Part shown: one piece after another, positions 47,248 through 56,854 of the stretch
Position numbering within the stretch: the first letter of the stretch is position 1
How the letters are laid out: every line of letters starts with the position of its first letter
Origin: Thermoguttaceae bacterium
GTDB taxonomy: Bacteria; Planctomycetota; Planctomycetia; Pirellulales; Thermoguttaceae
NCBI GenBank assembly: GCA_045599605.1
Contig: JAZRWE010000033.1
Span: 85,687 to 149,686 of the forward strand
Direction: 5' to 3'
DNA: 64,000 nt
Translations under genes and position numbers: made by a program
Notes under the pieces: generated by a model
The model's input: the letters and a program-made list of their open reading frames with translations, nothing else
Databases searched by the model: none
What the model was told of the DNA's origin: nothing

Positions 47248-49011
47248 ATGAAATGGTCGCAAACGCTTATTCCGACGATGAAAGAAACTCCGAATGGAGC
47301 GGAAATTCCTAGTCATATCTTTATGCTCCGAGCCGGTATGATCTCTCAAGTAATGGCCGGCGCGTACGCTTATCTCCCGCTTGGATGGCGTTGTCTGCAT
47401 AAAGCGACGAATATCGTTCGCGACGAAATGAATAAGGCCGGCGCGGTCGAATTGTTCATGACGGCGCTTTGTCCTCAATCCCTTTACGAACAAACGAACC
47501 GCGTCGAAGCGTTCGGCAACGTTCTCGTCAAGACCGCGTTGGTACGCGGCGGCACGAAGACCCCCGTCGTCTTCTGCCCGACGCACGAAGAAGAGATCAC
47601 GAGCCTCGTTTCGCAATACGTTTCCAGCTATCGTCAACTCCCGTTGCTGCTTTATCAGATCCAAACGAAGTTCCGTAACGAAGAACGCCCGAAGTTCGGC
47701 GTTTTGCGTACGAGCGAATTCCTGATGAAAGACGCGTACAGCTTCCACACCGACCTTGAAACGCTCGACGCGACGTACAAGAAGATGTACAACGCGTATT
47801 GCAAGATCTTCTCGCGTTGCGGTCTGCCTTATCTGCCGGTCGAAGCGGAATCCGGCCCGATCGGCGGCGACGGTTCTCACGAATTCATGATCCCGTCTCC
47901 GAACGGCGAAGACGACGTCGTTTTCTGCCCGAGCTGCAAATACGCCGCCAACGTCGAAAAGGCCGAGATCGGCGCCGTCGATTACGCGCGTCCCGCCGAC
48001 GCCGTCCTCAAAGAAGTCGCCGAATTGGCCACGCCCGGCGCGCATACGATCGAACAAGTCTGCGCGTTCTTGAAGGCTAAGCCGAAGAAGGTCGTCAAGA
48101 CGCTCATTTACAGCGTCGACGGAACCCCCGTCGCCGTCCTCGTTCGCGGCGATTGCGACGTTAATGAAAACAAGCTCCGCCGCTTGCTCAAGGCGGAGAA
48201 AGTCGAACTTGCCGACGAAGCGACGATCCAACGCGTCACCGGCGCTCCTGTCGGTTTTGCGGGCCCCGTCGGACTCAAAGAGAAAGTCAAGATCGTCGCC
48301 GACCCGACGATCAAAGAGATGGTCAACGTCATCGTCGGCGCGAACAAGGCGGAAGCGCATTTGGTCAACGTCAACTTGGATCGCGATTTCACGGTCGACC
48401 TCTTTGGCGACGTCCGTAACGCGATCGTCGGCGACGCTTGCCCGCACTGCGGTCAACCGCTCACGATGGAAAACGCGATCGAAGTCGGTCACGTCTTCAA
48501 GCTCGGCACGAAGTACACCGACGCGTTGAACGCGAAGTATCTCGACGAAAACGGCACGTTGCAAACGATCATCATGGGTTGCTACGGCATCGGCGTCAGC
48601 CGCATCATCGCGGGTCTCGCGGAAACGAGCCACGACGACTCCGGTATCATTTGGCCTGTCGCGCTCGCGCCTTACGAAGTTTGCGTTTGCCCTGTCAAGG
48701 CGAGCGATCCCGTCGCGATGGAAGCTGCGGAAAAGATTACGGCGGGTCTCGAAGCGGCGGGTTGCGACGTCATTCTCGACGACCGCGACGAACGTCCCGG
48801 CGTGAAATTCAAGGACGCCGACCTCATCGGTTTCCCGTGCCGCGTTACGATCGGCAAGGGCTTGGCGGACGGCAAAGTCGAAGTCAAATGGCGTTGGGAT
48901 TCCGAATCGACGCTTATGTCTGTCGACGAAGTCGTCGAAACGCTCGCCGCTCAAGTCAAAGAAGAACGCGAGACCTCCGCGCGCTTCAACGCGGCGAAGA
49001 AGGCGAACTGA
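47248..49011 (+). CDS. proS: proline--tRNA ligase (bacterial type with editing domain)
   Basis: It carries class II aaRS motifs (FMLRAGMISQ, RxE, FRNEERPKFGVLRTSEFLMKDAYSFH), an insertion/editing domain and a C-terminal anticodon-binding domain. An SD (GGAGGA) precedes the start. Confidence 0.95.
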   Translation: MKWSQTLIPTMKETPNGAEIPSHIFMLRAGMISQVMAGAYAYLPLGWRCLHKATNIVRDEMNKAGAVELFMTALCPQSLYEQTNRVEAFGNVLVKTALVRGGTKTPVVFCPTHEEEITSLVSQYVSSYRQLPLLLYQIQTKFRNEERPKFGVLRTSEFLMKDAYSFHTDLETLDATYKKMYNAYCKIFSRCGLPYLPVEAESGPIGGDGSHEFMIPSPNGEDDVVFCPSCKYAANVEKAEIGAVDYARPADAVLKEVAELATPGAHTIEQVCAFLKAKPKKVVKTLIYSVDGTPVAVLVRGDCDVNENKLRRLLKAEKVELADEATIQRVTGAPVGFAGPVGLKEKVKIVADPTIKEMVNVIVGANKAEAHLVNVNLDRDFTVDLFGDVRNAIVGDACPHCGQPLTMENAIEVGHVFKLGTKYTDALNAKYLDENGTLQTIIMGCYGIGVSRIIAGLAETSHDDSGIIWPVALAPYEVCVCPVKASDPVAMEAAEKITAGLEAAGCDVILDDRDERPGVKFKDADLIGFPCRVTIGKGLADGKVEVKWRWDSESTLMSVDEVVETLAAQVKEERETSARFNAAKKAN

Positions 49012-49102
49012 CGCAACATATTCTCGTATAAGATTTTTCCGCGCGGACGCGCCTTGCGTCCGCGTTCCATATATAGCATAAAGCCAATAAAAAACGAATA
49101 AA

Positions 49103-51727
49103 ATGTTTACGACTAACGAAATTCGTGAAATGTATTTGACGTTCTTCGAATCGAAGGGCTGCGTTCGCCGACCTAGCGACGTGTTGGTTCCGTATTGGGA
49201 TCCTTCCGTCTTGTTCACGCCGGCGGGTATGAACCAGTTCAAGGACCACTTCCTTGGGCGTTGCAAATTGGATTTCACGCGCGCGACCACTTGCCAAAAG
49301 TGCTTGCGTACGGGCGACATCGACAACGTCGGTCGCACGGCGTTCCACCACACGTTCTTCGAAATGCTCGGTAACTTCAGTTTTGGCGACTACTTCAAGC
49401 GCGAAGCTATCCACTGGGCTTGGGAATTCCTGACGAGCAAGCAATGGCTCGGCATCGACCCCGCGATGTTGTCCGCGACCGTCTATAAAGACGACCACGA
49501 AGCCGCGAAGATCTGGCTTGAAGAGATCAAGCTGCCCGCCGAAAAGCTCCAATACCTTGACGAAGACGAAAACTTCTGGCCTTCTTCCGCCCCGAGCCAA
49601 GGTCCCGACGGCGTTTGCGGTCCGTGTTCCGAGATCTATCACAAGACCCCGCAAGGCGAAGTCGAGATCTGGAACCTCGTTTTCACGCAATTCAATCGCG
49701 TTGGCAACCCGCCTAACAACCTCCGCCCGCTCCCGAGCAAGAACATCGACACCGGTATGGGCTTGGAACGCGTCACCTCCGTTCTCCAAGGCGTTGAAAC
49801 GAACTTCCATATCGATTCTCTCCGTCCGCTCGTCGAAGCCGCCGCAGAGATCTGCTCGCAAAAATACGACGACGTCGATCTTACGAACGAAAACGGCCGT
49901 CGTCTGCGCCGTATCGCCGACCATGTCCGCGCTTGCACGTTCGCGATCCACGAAAACGTCTATCCGGGTCCGAAAGAAGAGAAGTACGTCATCCGTCGTT
50001 TGCTTCGTCGCGCGGTCCTCGACGGCGTCCAAATGGGCATGAAGAAGCCGTTCCTGCACCAACTCGTCCCGGTCGTCGCCGACCTCATGAAGGTCCCGTA
50101 TCCGGAACTTGGCGAAACCATCGAACGCGTTCAAGGCGTTATCTCCGCTGAAGAAGAACGCTTCATGAGCAGCATCGACGGCGGTCTTCGTCGTCTGGAC
50201 CACGTCTTCAAGACGATGGAAGAAGAAAAGCGCGCGACCGTCGCCGGCGCCGATGCTTTCGAAATGTATCAAACGTACGGTTTCCCGCCGGAATTGTTTG
50301 AAACGCTTGCCGGCGAACGCAACTACGGGTTCGACTGGGACGGTTTCGGCAAAGAGATGGAACGCCACGGCGAACTCTCCGGTCTGACCGAAAAGAACTT
50401 GCTCTTCAAACGTGACCCGTTGGAAGGCATTAAGAAGACGACGAATCCGCCGGAATTCCTTGGTTACGCGACCACCGAAACGACCGACGCTTCCGTCCTC
50501 GCTATCCTTGACGGCGAAACGCTCGTCGACTCCATCGAAGCCGACGCCGCTAAGAAGATCCGCATCGTCTTGAACAAGACCCCGTTCTATGGCGAAAAGG
50601 GCGGTCAAGTTGGCGATTCCGGCGTTATCACCGCCGGCAACGCGGTCTTCAACGTCGAATCCGCGCAATACGACGGCGAATTCATCGTCCACGTCGGCAC
50701 GCTCGTCGAAGGCACGCTCAGCGTCGGCTCCAACGCCGTCGCTAAGGTCGATTCCGCTCGTCGCGCGGCTATTTCTCGCGCGCACACCGCGACGCACTTG
50801 CTGCACTGCGCGTTGCACAAGCTTCTTGGCGAACACGCGAACCAACAAGGTTCGAAGGTCGACGCCGATATCTTGCGTTTCGACTTCACGCACCACAAGG
50901 GCTTGGATCGCGAAACGTTGATCCAACTTGAAGCGGACGTCAACGCGATGATCTTGGAATCCTTCCCGGTCTGCTGCGAAGAGATGCCGAAAGAAGAAGC
51001 GTGCAAGCTCGGCGCGATGATGTTGTTCGGCGAAAAGTATCCCGACGTCGTTCGCGTCGTCAAGATGGGTCCGTCCCTCGAATTCTGCGGCGGCACGCAC
51101 CTTAAGTGCGTCTCGCAAGTCGGTTTCTGCAAGATCGTCGCTGAAGAAAGCGTTAGCGCGGGCACGCGTCGTATCACTGCGTTGACCGGTCTTGAAGCGC
51201 TGAAGAAGATCCAAGCGGCGGACGAAGTCGAAACGGCTTTGGCCGGCGTTTTGCGCGTTCCGGCCGCCGATATCGTCTCTCGCGTCGAAAAGCTCGCCGC
51301 GGAAAACAAGAAGCTCCGCAAGGATCTTGAAGCCGCTTCTAAGAAAGAAGCCGTCGACGTCGACGCTCTTATCGCGAAGGCTGAAGAAGTCGCCGGCGCT
51401 AAGTTTGTCGCGTTCACTTGCAACGACGTCGACGCCAACGCGTTGCGCGAAGCGATCGACCAGATCCGTCGCAAGACTGAAAACGCCGCGATCTTCATCG
51501 CTAATATCGACACGAAGGCCGGTAAGGTCGCTCTCATGACCGCCGCGACTCGCAACCTCGTTGAAAAGAAATTCAGCGCGGTCGAATGGGTCAAGGCTGT
51601 CGCGTCCCTCGTCAAGGGCGGCGGCGGTGGTCGTCCCGATATGGCGCAAGCCGGCGGTAAAGACCCCGCGGGCGTTCCCGCCGCGATCGAAGCCGCGAAG
51701 AAGTTCCTCGCCGAAAAACTCGCGTGA
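49103..51727 (+). CDS. alaS: alanine--tRNA ligase
   Basis: The N-terminus (IREMYLTFFESKGCVRRPSDVLVPYWDPSVLFTPAGMNQFKDHFLG) is canonical AlaRS. An editing-domain HxxxH/CxxxH zinc site is present (HTATHLLHCAL...C), and the length is 874 aa. Confidence 0.95.
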   Translation: MFTTNEIREMYLTFFESKGCVRRPSDVLVPYWDPSVLFTPAGMNQFKDHFLGRCKLDFTRATTCQKCLRTGDIDNVGRTAFHHTFFEMLGNFSFGDYFKREAIHWAWEFLTSKQWLGIDPAMLSATVYKDDHEAAKIWLEEIKLPAEKLQYLDEDENFWPSSAPSQGPDGVCGPCSEIYHKTPQGEVEIWNLVFTQFNRVGNPPNNLRPLPSKNIDTGMGLERVTSVLQGVETNFHIDSLRPLVEAAAEICSQKYDDVDLTNENGRRLRRIADHVRACTFAIHENVYPGPKEEKYVIRRLLRRAVLDGVQMGMKKPFLHQLVPVVADLMKVPYPELGETIERVQGVISAEEERFMSSIDGGLRRLDHVFKTMEEEKRATVAGADAFEMYQTYGFPPELFETLAGERNYGFDWDGFGKEMERHGELSGLTEKNLLFKRDPLEGIKKTTNPPEFLGYATTETTDASVLAILDGETLVDSIEADAAKKIRIVLNKTPFYGEKGGQVGDSGVITAGNAVFNVESAQYDGEFIVHVGTLVEGTLSVGSNAVAKVDSARRAAISRAHTATHLLHCALHKLLGEHANQQGSKVDADILRFDFTHHKGLDRETLIQLEADVNAMILESFPVCCEEMPKEEACKLGAMMLFGEKYPDVVRVVKMGPSLEFCGGTHLKCVSQVGFCKIVAEESVSAGTRRITALTGLEALKKIQAADEVETALAGVLRVPAADIVSRVEKLAAENKKLRKDLEAASKKEAVDVDALIAKAEEVAGAKFVAFTCNDVDANALREAIDQIRRKTENAAIFIANIDTKAGKVALMTAATRNLVEKKFSAVEWVKAVASLVKGGGGGRPDMAQAGGKDPAGVPAAIEAAKKFLAEKLA

Positions 51728-51764
51728 GTTGCAAGATAACTTCTTGTTGAAGTGAAATAAAATA

Positions 51765-51804
51765 AGGACGTTTGGATCTTTGGTTCAAACGTCCTTTTTG
51801 TTTG
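51765..51804 (+). terminator. rho-independent terminator after alaS (AGGACGTTTG...CAAACGTCCT, then TTTTGTTTGG), plausibly bidirectional
   Basis: A 10-bp stem spans 51765-51795 and is followed by a T-run. Confidence 0.6.
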
Positions 51805-51904
51805 GTTAGGATATTGGCGCGGCTAGAAAAAAGTCGCGCCGTCGTTATCGACGAATCTTGATAGAAATTTCTTTCGCTTTTATCGTCTCGATACTAAAAG
51901 GGGA

Positions 51905-54900
51905 TCACGGTTCCGTTCGCGCGTTTCTGAAACCCGGTCTATCGGCTTCGGGGCGTTTGTCGGCGAGGGCTTTTCCTTTAAGTATAGCGTTGTACAGCGC
52001 TTGCCATTGCGCGTCGTCTTTTGACTCGAACACGAGCGCGGGCGAATCTTCCGGCGCGTTCTTATCGGTGGAGAGTCCGCGTCCGCCTGCGGCTTTGGCT
52101 AAGTGCGCGTTGAGTAGCGCGCTCTTTTCAGGTCGCGTGAGGTCGATCCAGCCGAAACGTCCTATCCAGTCGGTGTTCGGACCTTCAAAGACTTCGGAAC
52201 GATCGCGATTTTCGCCCGTAAGACGTTTATGGCAGTCCGCGCATTTCTCGGCGTAGATCGGCGCGAGTTCTTTACTGAACCAGTCTGCGAGTCCGGCTTT
52301 ATCGAGCGGCGCCCAGCGGTCGCGTCTGCCCGCGGATAGCGGCCGCGCGTTGGCGTAGGTCCCTTGATAGATCGCGTTAGAATCGAGCCAGAAATAGACG
52401 CGGCGCAGCGAGACGTCGTCGACTTCTTGACCGCAATGCTCTTTCGTGAAATATTCAGGCAAACGACTAGCGAGCGCGCCCGTCGTGTACGGCATATTGA
52501 CCGCGGAAGTCGTCCATAACAGCCAATAGAATTGCACTAACGGCTTGCCGAGCGCTTGTTGGTCTTCCGGCATTTCCCCGGTAAGCATATCCGCTTGACG
52601 ATACGAACGACTCTTTAATAACAACGATTCGTAACTTGCGCTGAAATAACGAGTAGCGTCGCCGCTGAGATCGTATCCGCCCGTCGGGTCGGCGCCGTCG
52701 TGACAGGAAACGCAGTAGCGATCCAGTACCGGTTGCATCAGCGACGGATAATCGACTACGCCGGCGTCGAGCGAGAGATTGCCGTCGTGCGATTGGCGGT
52801 ATTCGTACGCGTCGTAGATAAAATCAGGCAATACGGGCATATCGGGACTACGCAGCGCGGCGGTCGGGCGACGGCTCTCGTCTTGCGCGGTCGCGGGTAT
52901 CGAGTCGCGATCTTCGTGACAGCCGACGCAGCCGATCGATTCTCCGGGCATGAATTGCGCGGCGCTCGTCATGCGCTGTATCTCGCGTCCTTCCGCGTCT
53001 AGCGCTTGGAAATAGATCTCGCGCAACGCCGGGACGTAGAAATTCGCGCTGCCGTCTTCGTCGACCGGGACTTCGCCCCAGCAACGCTTGGCGTAATACG
53101 TCGCCACGCCCATCGACGGCGATTGGTCGAACGAACGGTCATACAGTTCTTCCGATTTGCGTATCTGTTCCATAATGCGCAGCTTCTTGACTTCGCCGCG
53201 CTTCACGATCGGTTCGAGCCCTTGATAGACGTCCGCGAGAACGACCTGTCCGACGGGGTCGCCTTCAAGCAGATCCATGCGTTCGGGGATCCCCCATTCG
53301 CCGACGGCAACGGCGGCGCCGTCGATCTCGCATTGCGATTCGTGCGAGACGTTATAGTATTCCGCGAGCTTGGAGTACTCGTTGCACGCTTCTACGCCGT
53401 CAGTCTTGCGCAAGCCGCTAAATACTTCCGCGGGTTTGAGTTCCGGACGGAGTTTCGCTTTCATGTCTTTCTCGACGATACGCGTAGGCAGCACGGGCGG
53501 TCGCGGCGTCTCTTCCACCGCGATCGGGCAAAACGCGTCGAATTCCGGGTCTTCCCAGAGGAGTCGCTTCTCGCCGTCGCAGTCGAGCAACCAGATGCGA
53601 TAGCGTTGCGTTTCCGCGTCGTTTTCGTCGATACGCGTCGCGCCGCCGTAAGCGCATAACGCGCGTTCCTCGTCTAGCGGGAACGGGTCGCGATACGCGT
53701 AGTCTCGCGAGACGTCCACGACCGTCGGGAACTCTTTCGTCCAGTACTTGTAGCCGCCCTTATCCGCGCCGGCTTCCACCCCCATCGCGCGGTCTACGAC
53801 GCCGATCGCGCCGTGAGGATAGCCATGGTGAGGCGTGAAGGTCGCAAGGACTCGCGACGACGGCGCGCCGGGAATAGGACGCGCTTGTAGGATCGAACCG
53901 AAGTCGCGCAACGTGTTGCCGTAATAGAGTTGGTAGAGCGTTCCCTCGGGATTCTGCGTCCATAGCGATTGTCGGTACGTCAGGTCGCGGTCGACGTATT
54001 CCCAACGCGTGAAGATAACGCGTCCGTCCGCAAGGACTTGCGGGTTAAAATCGGAGAGCGTGTTCATACTGACGCATTGGATATCGTCGCCGTTCTTGTC
54101 CATGCGGAAGAGGTTAGAGGCGGGACCGGGTTGACAAACGGTGCGTCCGAAACGTCGCGAGGAGACGAAGACGATACCGCCGTCGGGTAATTCCGCGGGC
54201 GAAACGTCGAAGAACGGGCCGTTGGTCAGTTGTCTTAACCCTTTACCGTCGACGCCGACGCTCCAGATGTTCCAGTAGGAGTTGTTCTTAGGGCGGTACG
54301 AGAAGTAGACGGTCTTCGCGTCGTACGACAAGTTCATATCGTATATCGAGCCGTCGGGGTCTTCAAATATCGTCTTGACTTCCGCGGTCGGGTCGGCGGG
54401 ATCGACCATGCGTATCGCGCAACCCGGCGTTTGCGGCGTCGCTTGCCAGAAGTCGTTGCCAACGGAATTAGGACGTCCGCGCATCGCTCTCGCGACGTAG
54501 ATGAACGGCGGTAAGTCGTCCGTAGCTAGCGTTTCCGGATAATCGCTCGACTCTTCTTCCGGCTTAACTAAGTCGACGGCGGTGAAGGGCGCGTCGACGA
54601 AACCGTCGGTCGTGGCGTCAAGACGAACGCGGAGATCGCGATACTCGACGTCGTTTTGCCAAGAACGGAACGTGAATGTGCCCGCGCGTAATGGATCGGT
54701 CGCTTTCAGTTCCGCCTCGTGGTATTCGCCTTTATAAACGCCGTCGAGATAGAACGCGAATCCTGTTTCGTCGAACTCGACGCGTAACGTGAAGTATTCG
54801 CCGACGGGCACGTCGTACGGCACGCGCGTTATCGCGGTATAGTTTTGGCGATGCGCGCCGACATTGACGTGTTTCTCGGCGGGATTGAATCCCAACTCGT

Positions 54901-55267
54901 AGCCGTTGAACGCGTCGGCGCCGATCCCGGAACCGCTTATCTTGAAACATATCCCGGAGTACCCCGGCGTCGCGGCGTTGAAACGCAGGTCTACTTCGAT
55001 CGCGCCGCGCGTCGCGTTAGCCCATTCCTGCGCGTCGTAAGTCAGTCGCGAGCCGGAATCGCCCTTGCATAAGAGAACGCCGTCGTTAAGCGTCCAAGAA
55101 CCGCCGTACGCCTCGAAACCTTCCAACGGTCTTGCGGGGCCGCTCGGCGTAAACGGCATAGCGAGTATGCGTTCAAGTCGAGTAGATTCCGCGGCTTGTA
55201 ACATAGCGCTCGGCGAAGCGACGAAGACGAGAACGAGTAATATATAGCGTAGGCGTTTCAAGTTCAT
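51905..55267 (-). CDS. large secreted multidomain protein: N-terminal LamG/DUF1080-like domain, central TolB-like beta-propeller region, and a C-terminal region with three CxxCH heme-binding motifs (Planctomycete cytochrome-c-domain-like)
   Basis: A signal peptide is present (ILLVLVFVASPSAMLQAAE). The N-terminal domain ends with the DUF1080-like FTFRSWQNDVEYRDLRV. The CxxCH motifs are CVGCHED, CVSCHDG and CADCHKR. The length is 1120 aa. Confidence 0.75.
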   Translation of the reverse strand: MNLKRLRYILLVLVFVASPSAMLQAAESTRLERILAMPFTPSGPARPLEGFEAYGGSWTLNDGVLLCKGDSGSRLTYDAQEWANATRGAIEVDLRFNAATPGYSGICFKISGSGIGADAFNGYELGFNPAEKHVNVGAHRQNYTAITRVPYDVPVGEYFTLRVEFDETGFAFYLDGVYKGEYHEAELKATDPLRAGTFTFRSWQNDVEYRDLRVRLDATTDGFVDAPFTAVDLVKPEEESSDYPETLATDDLPPFIYVARAMRGRPNSVGNDFWQATPQTPGCAIRMVDPADPTAEVKTIFEDPDGSIYDMNLSYDAKTVYFSYRPKNNSYWNIWSVGVDGKGLRQLTNGPFFDVSPAELPDGGIVFVSSRRFGRTVCQPGPASNLFRMDKNGDDIQCVSMNTLSDFNPQVLADGRVIFTRWEYVDRDLTYRQSLWTQNPEGTLYQLYYGNTLRDFGSILQARPIPGAPSSRVLATFTPHHGYPHGAIGVVDRAMGVEAGADKGGYKYWTKEFPTVVDVSRDYAYRDPFPLDEERALCAYGGATRIDENDAETQRYRIWLLDCDGEKRLLWEDPEFDAFCPIAVEETPRPPVLPTRIVEKDMKAKLRPELKPAEVFSGLRKTDGVEACNEYSKLAEYYNVSHESQCEIDGAAVAVGEWGIPERMDLLEGDPVGQVVLADVYQGLEPIVKRGEVKKLRIMEQIRKSEELYDRSFDQSPSMGVATYYAKRCWGEVPVDEDGSANFYVPALREIYFQALDAEGREIQRMTSAAQFMPGESIGCVGCHEDRDSIPATAQDESRRPTAALRSPDMPVLPDFIYDAYEYRQSHDGNLSLDAGVVDYPSLMQPVLDRYCVSCHDGADPTGGYDLSGDATRYFSASYESLLLKSRSYRQADMLTGEMPEDQQALGKPLVQFYWLLWTTSAVNMPYTTGALASRLPEYFTKEHCGQEVDDVSLRRVYFWLDSNAIYQGTYANARPLSAGRRDRWAPLDKAGLADWFSKELAPIYAEKCADCHKRLTGENRDRSEVFEGPNTDWIGRFGWIDLTRPEKSALLNAHLAKAAGGRGLSTDKNAPEDSPALVFESKDDAQWQALYNAILKGKALADKRPEADRPGFRNARTEP

Positions 55268-55523
55268 TTTTGGAACCTATATTAGCGGCGTCGAATAAAA
55301 TGCGACAGTTTAACTCTAACGCCTAATTATAACTTGCTAACGCGTAATATTCAAGAAAAAATAGTCGGGTCTTTATGTTCTGGCGCGGAAGAAATTATTT
55401 GACTTTCTAACGTCGTCGGTATACAATAACGTGGAAAATTTTGAACTGAACGTTCCCGTCGGAGCGTCGAATTATATTGGGATCAAGTCCCCCCGCCTCA
55501 ATGATAAGTAAAGGAATAGACTC

Positions 55524-56795
55524 GTGAAACGGTCGACTTCTATATGTGTTCTAACGCTATTGTTGACTATTGTCGTTTCCGGTTGCGCGCCCAAACAAGA
55601 CGCGGACGATAAGAAGAAAGAAGAAGGTCCGGTTCCCGCGCACGTCGTTCCGGTCGTGACTCGCAACGTCGTCGAGTACGCCGAGTTGACCGGTCGCACG
55701 GCCGCCGTCGAATCTGTCGAAGTACGCGCTCAAGTCTCCGGATATCTTGAATCGATCGACTTCAAGCCCGGCTCGATGGTGCGTAAAGGCGACGTGTTGT
55801 TCAAGTTAGATTCGCGCGTTTATAAGGCGGTATTCGATCAACGCCAAAGCGACGTCGACGCGAAAGAGGCGGAATTGAAACAACTTGCGTCCGACCTCAA
55901 ACGCCAAGAGACGCTCGATACGCGCAACGCGACCTCGAAACAACAAGTGGAACAAGCGCAGACGAATTACAACACCTGTCTCGCGCAACTTGAAGCCGCT
56001 CGCGCTAATCTCGAACGCGCTCGTATCGACCTCGATTACGCGACGATCGTTTCTCCTATCGACGGCGAAGTTAGCCGCGAACAGATCACCGTCGGGAACC
56101 TGGTCTCCTCCGGTACGACGCTGCTGACGAGAGTCGTAGCGGTCGACCCCGTGTATATCTTCTTTGACGTCGACGAACGCTCGTTACTACGGTTCCGCGA
56201 AGAATCTAAAGAGCTTGCCGCCGATGAAACGCTCACCGTGAAATTCGCGATCGGCGACGGCGCGTTTGACCGCGAAGCCGCGATCGATTTCTCGGAACCG
56301 CGTCTCAATGAAACGACCGGCACGCTCGAATTTCGCGCCGTCGTCGACAATAAGCCTAATGAAAAAGGGCGTCGCGACCTCATTCCCGGCTTGCGTCTGC
56401 GCGTTTTGTTCCCGGTCTCGCCGGAGTATGAGGCGACGGTCGTGCCCGAGGAAGCGATCGTGACCGACCAGAACGTCAAGCGCGTCTGGGTCTTGGGGCC
56501 CGACAACGGCGTTATCTCTACCCCGATCGAATTAGGACCGTTGCAAGACGACAATATGCGCGTCGTCAAGATGGGCTTGAAGCCGGGCGATAAAGTCATT
56601 GTCGACAACTTGTTGAAGATCCGTCCTAACTCTACGATCGACCCGACGGAAGCGCCCGCCGCGTCTACCACGCGCGTCGTTCGCGAAGACGGCACGATCG
56701 TTAATCCCGACGGCACGATAGAATACGACGGTATTTATGAATGGTCGCTAGAACGCGGCAAGGAGAAAGATCCTTCCGATTCCGACGACGCTTGA
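55524..56795 (+). CDS. RND efflux membrane fusion protein (periplasmic adaptor, HlyD/AcrA family), lipoprotein
   Basis: A GTG start has an SD (AAAGGA). The lipobox is VVSGC. Lipoyl/beta-barrel adaptor motifs are present (VEVRAQVSGYLESIDFKPGSMVRKGDVLFKLD) along with a coiled-coil hairpin. Confidence 0.8.
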   Translation: MKRSTSICVLTLLLTIVVSGCAPKQDADDKKKEEGPVPAHVVPVVTRNVVEYAELTGRTAAVESVEVRAQVSGYLESIDFKPGSMVRKGDVLFKLDSRVYKAVFDQRQSDVDAKEAELKQLASDLKRQETLDTRNATSKQQVEQAQTNYNTCLAQLEAARANLERARIDLDYATIVSPIDGEVSREQITVGNLVSSGTTLLTRVVAVDPVYIFFDVDERSLLRFREESKELAADETLTVKFAIGDGAFDREAAIDFSEPRLNETTGTLEFRAVVDNKPNEKGRRDLIPGLRLRVLFPVSPEYEATVVPEEAIVTDQNVKRVWVLGPDNGVISTPIELGPLQDDNMRVVKMGLKPGDKVIVDNLLKIRPNSTIDPTEAPAASTTRVVREDGTIVNPDGTIEYDGIYEWSLERGKEKDPSDSDDA

Positions 56796-56854
56796 AGCGT
56801 TTCGGTATTGGATCTCTCGCGAATAACCAAAATTGCAGATAAAGGGTCGTTCTC

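Noticed and set aside
49011-49102. Terminator between proS and alaS (GGACGC-GCCTT-GCGTCC hairpin at about 49045-49062).
   Set aside because: The hairpin is short and not followed by a T-run. proS and alaS may be co-transcribed, so I did not call a terminator.
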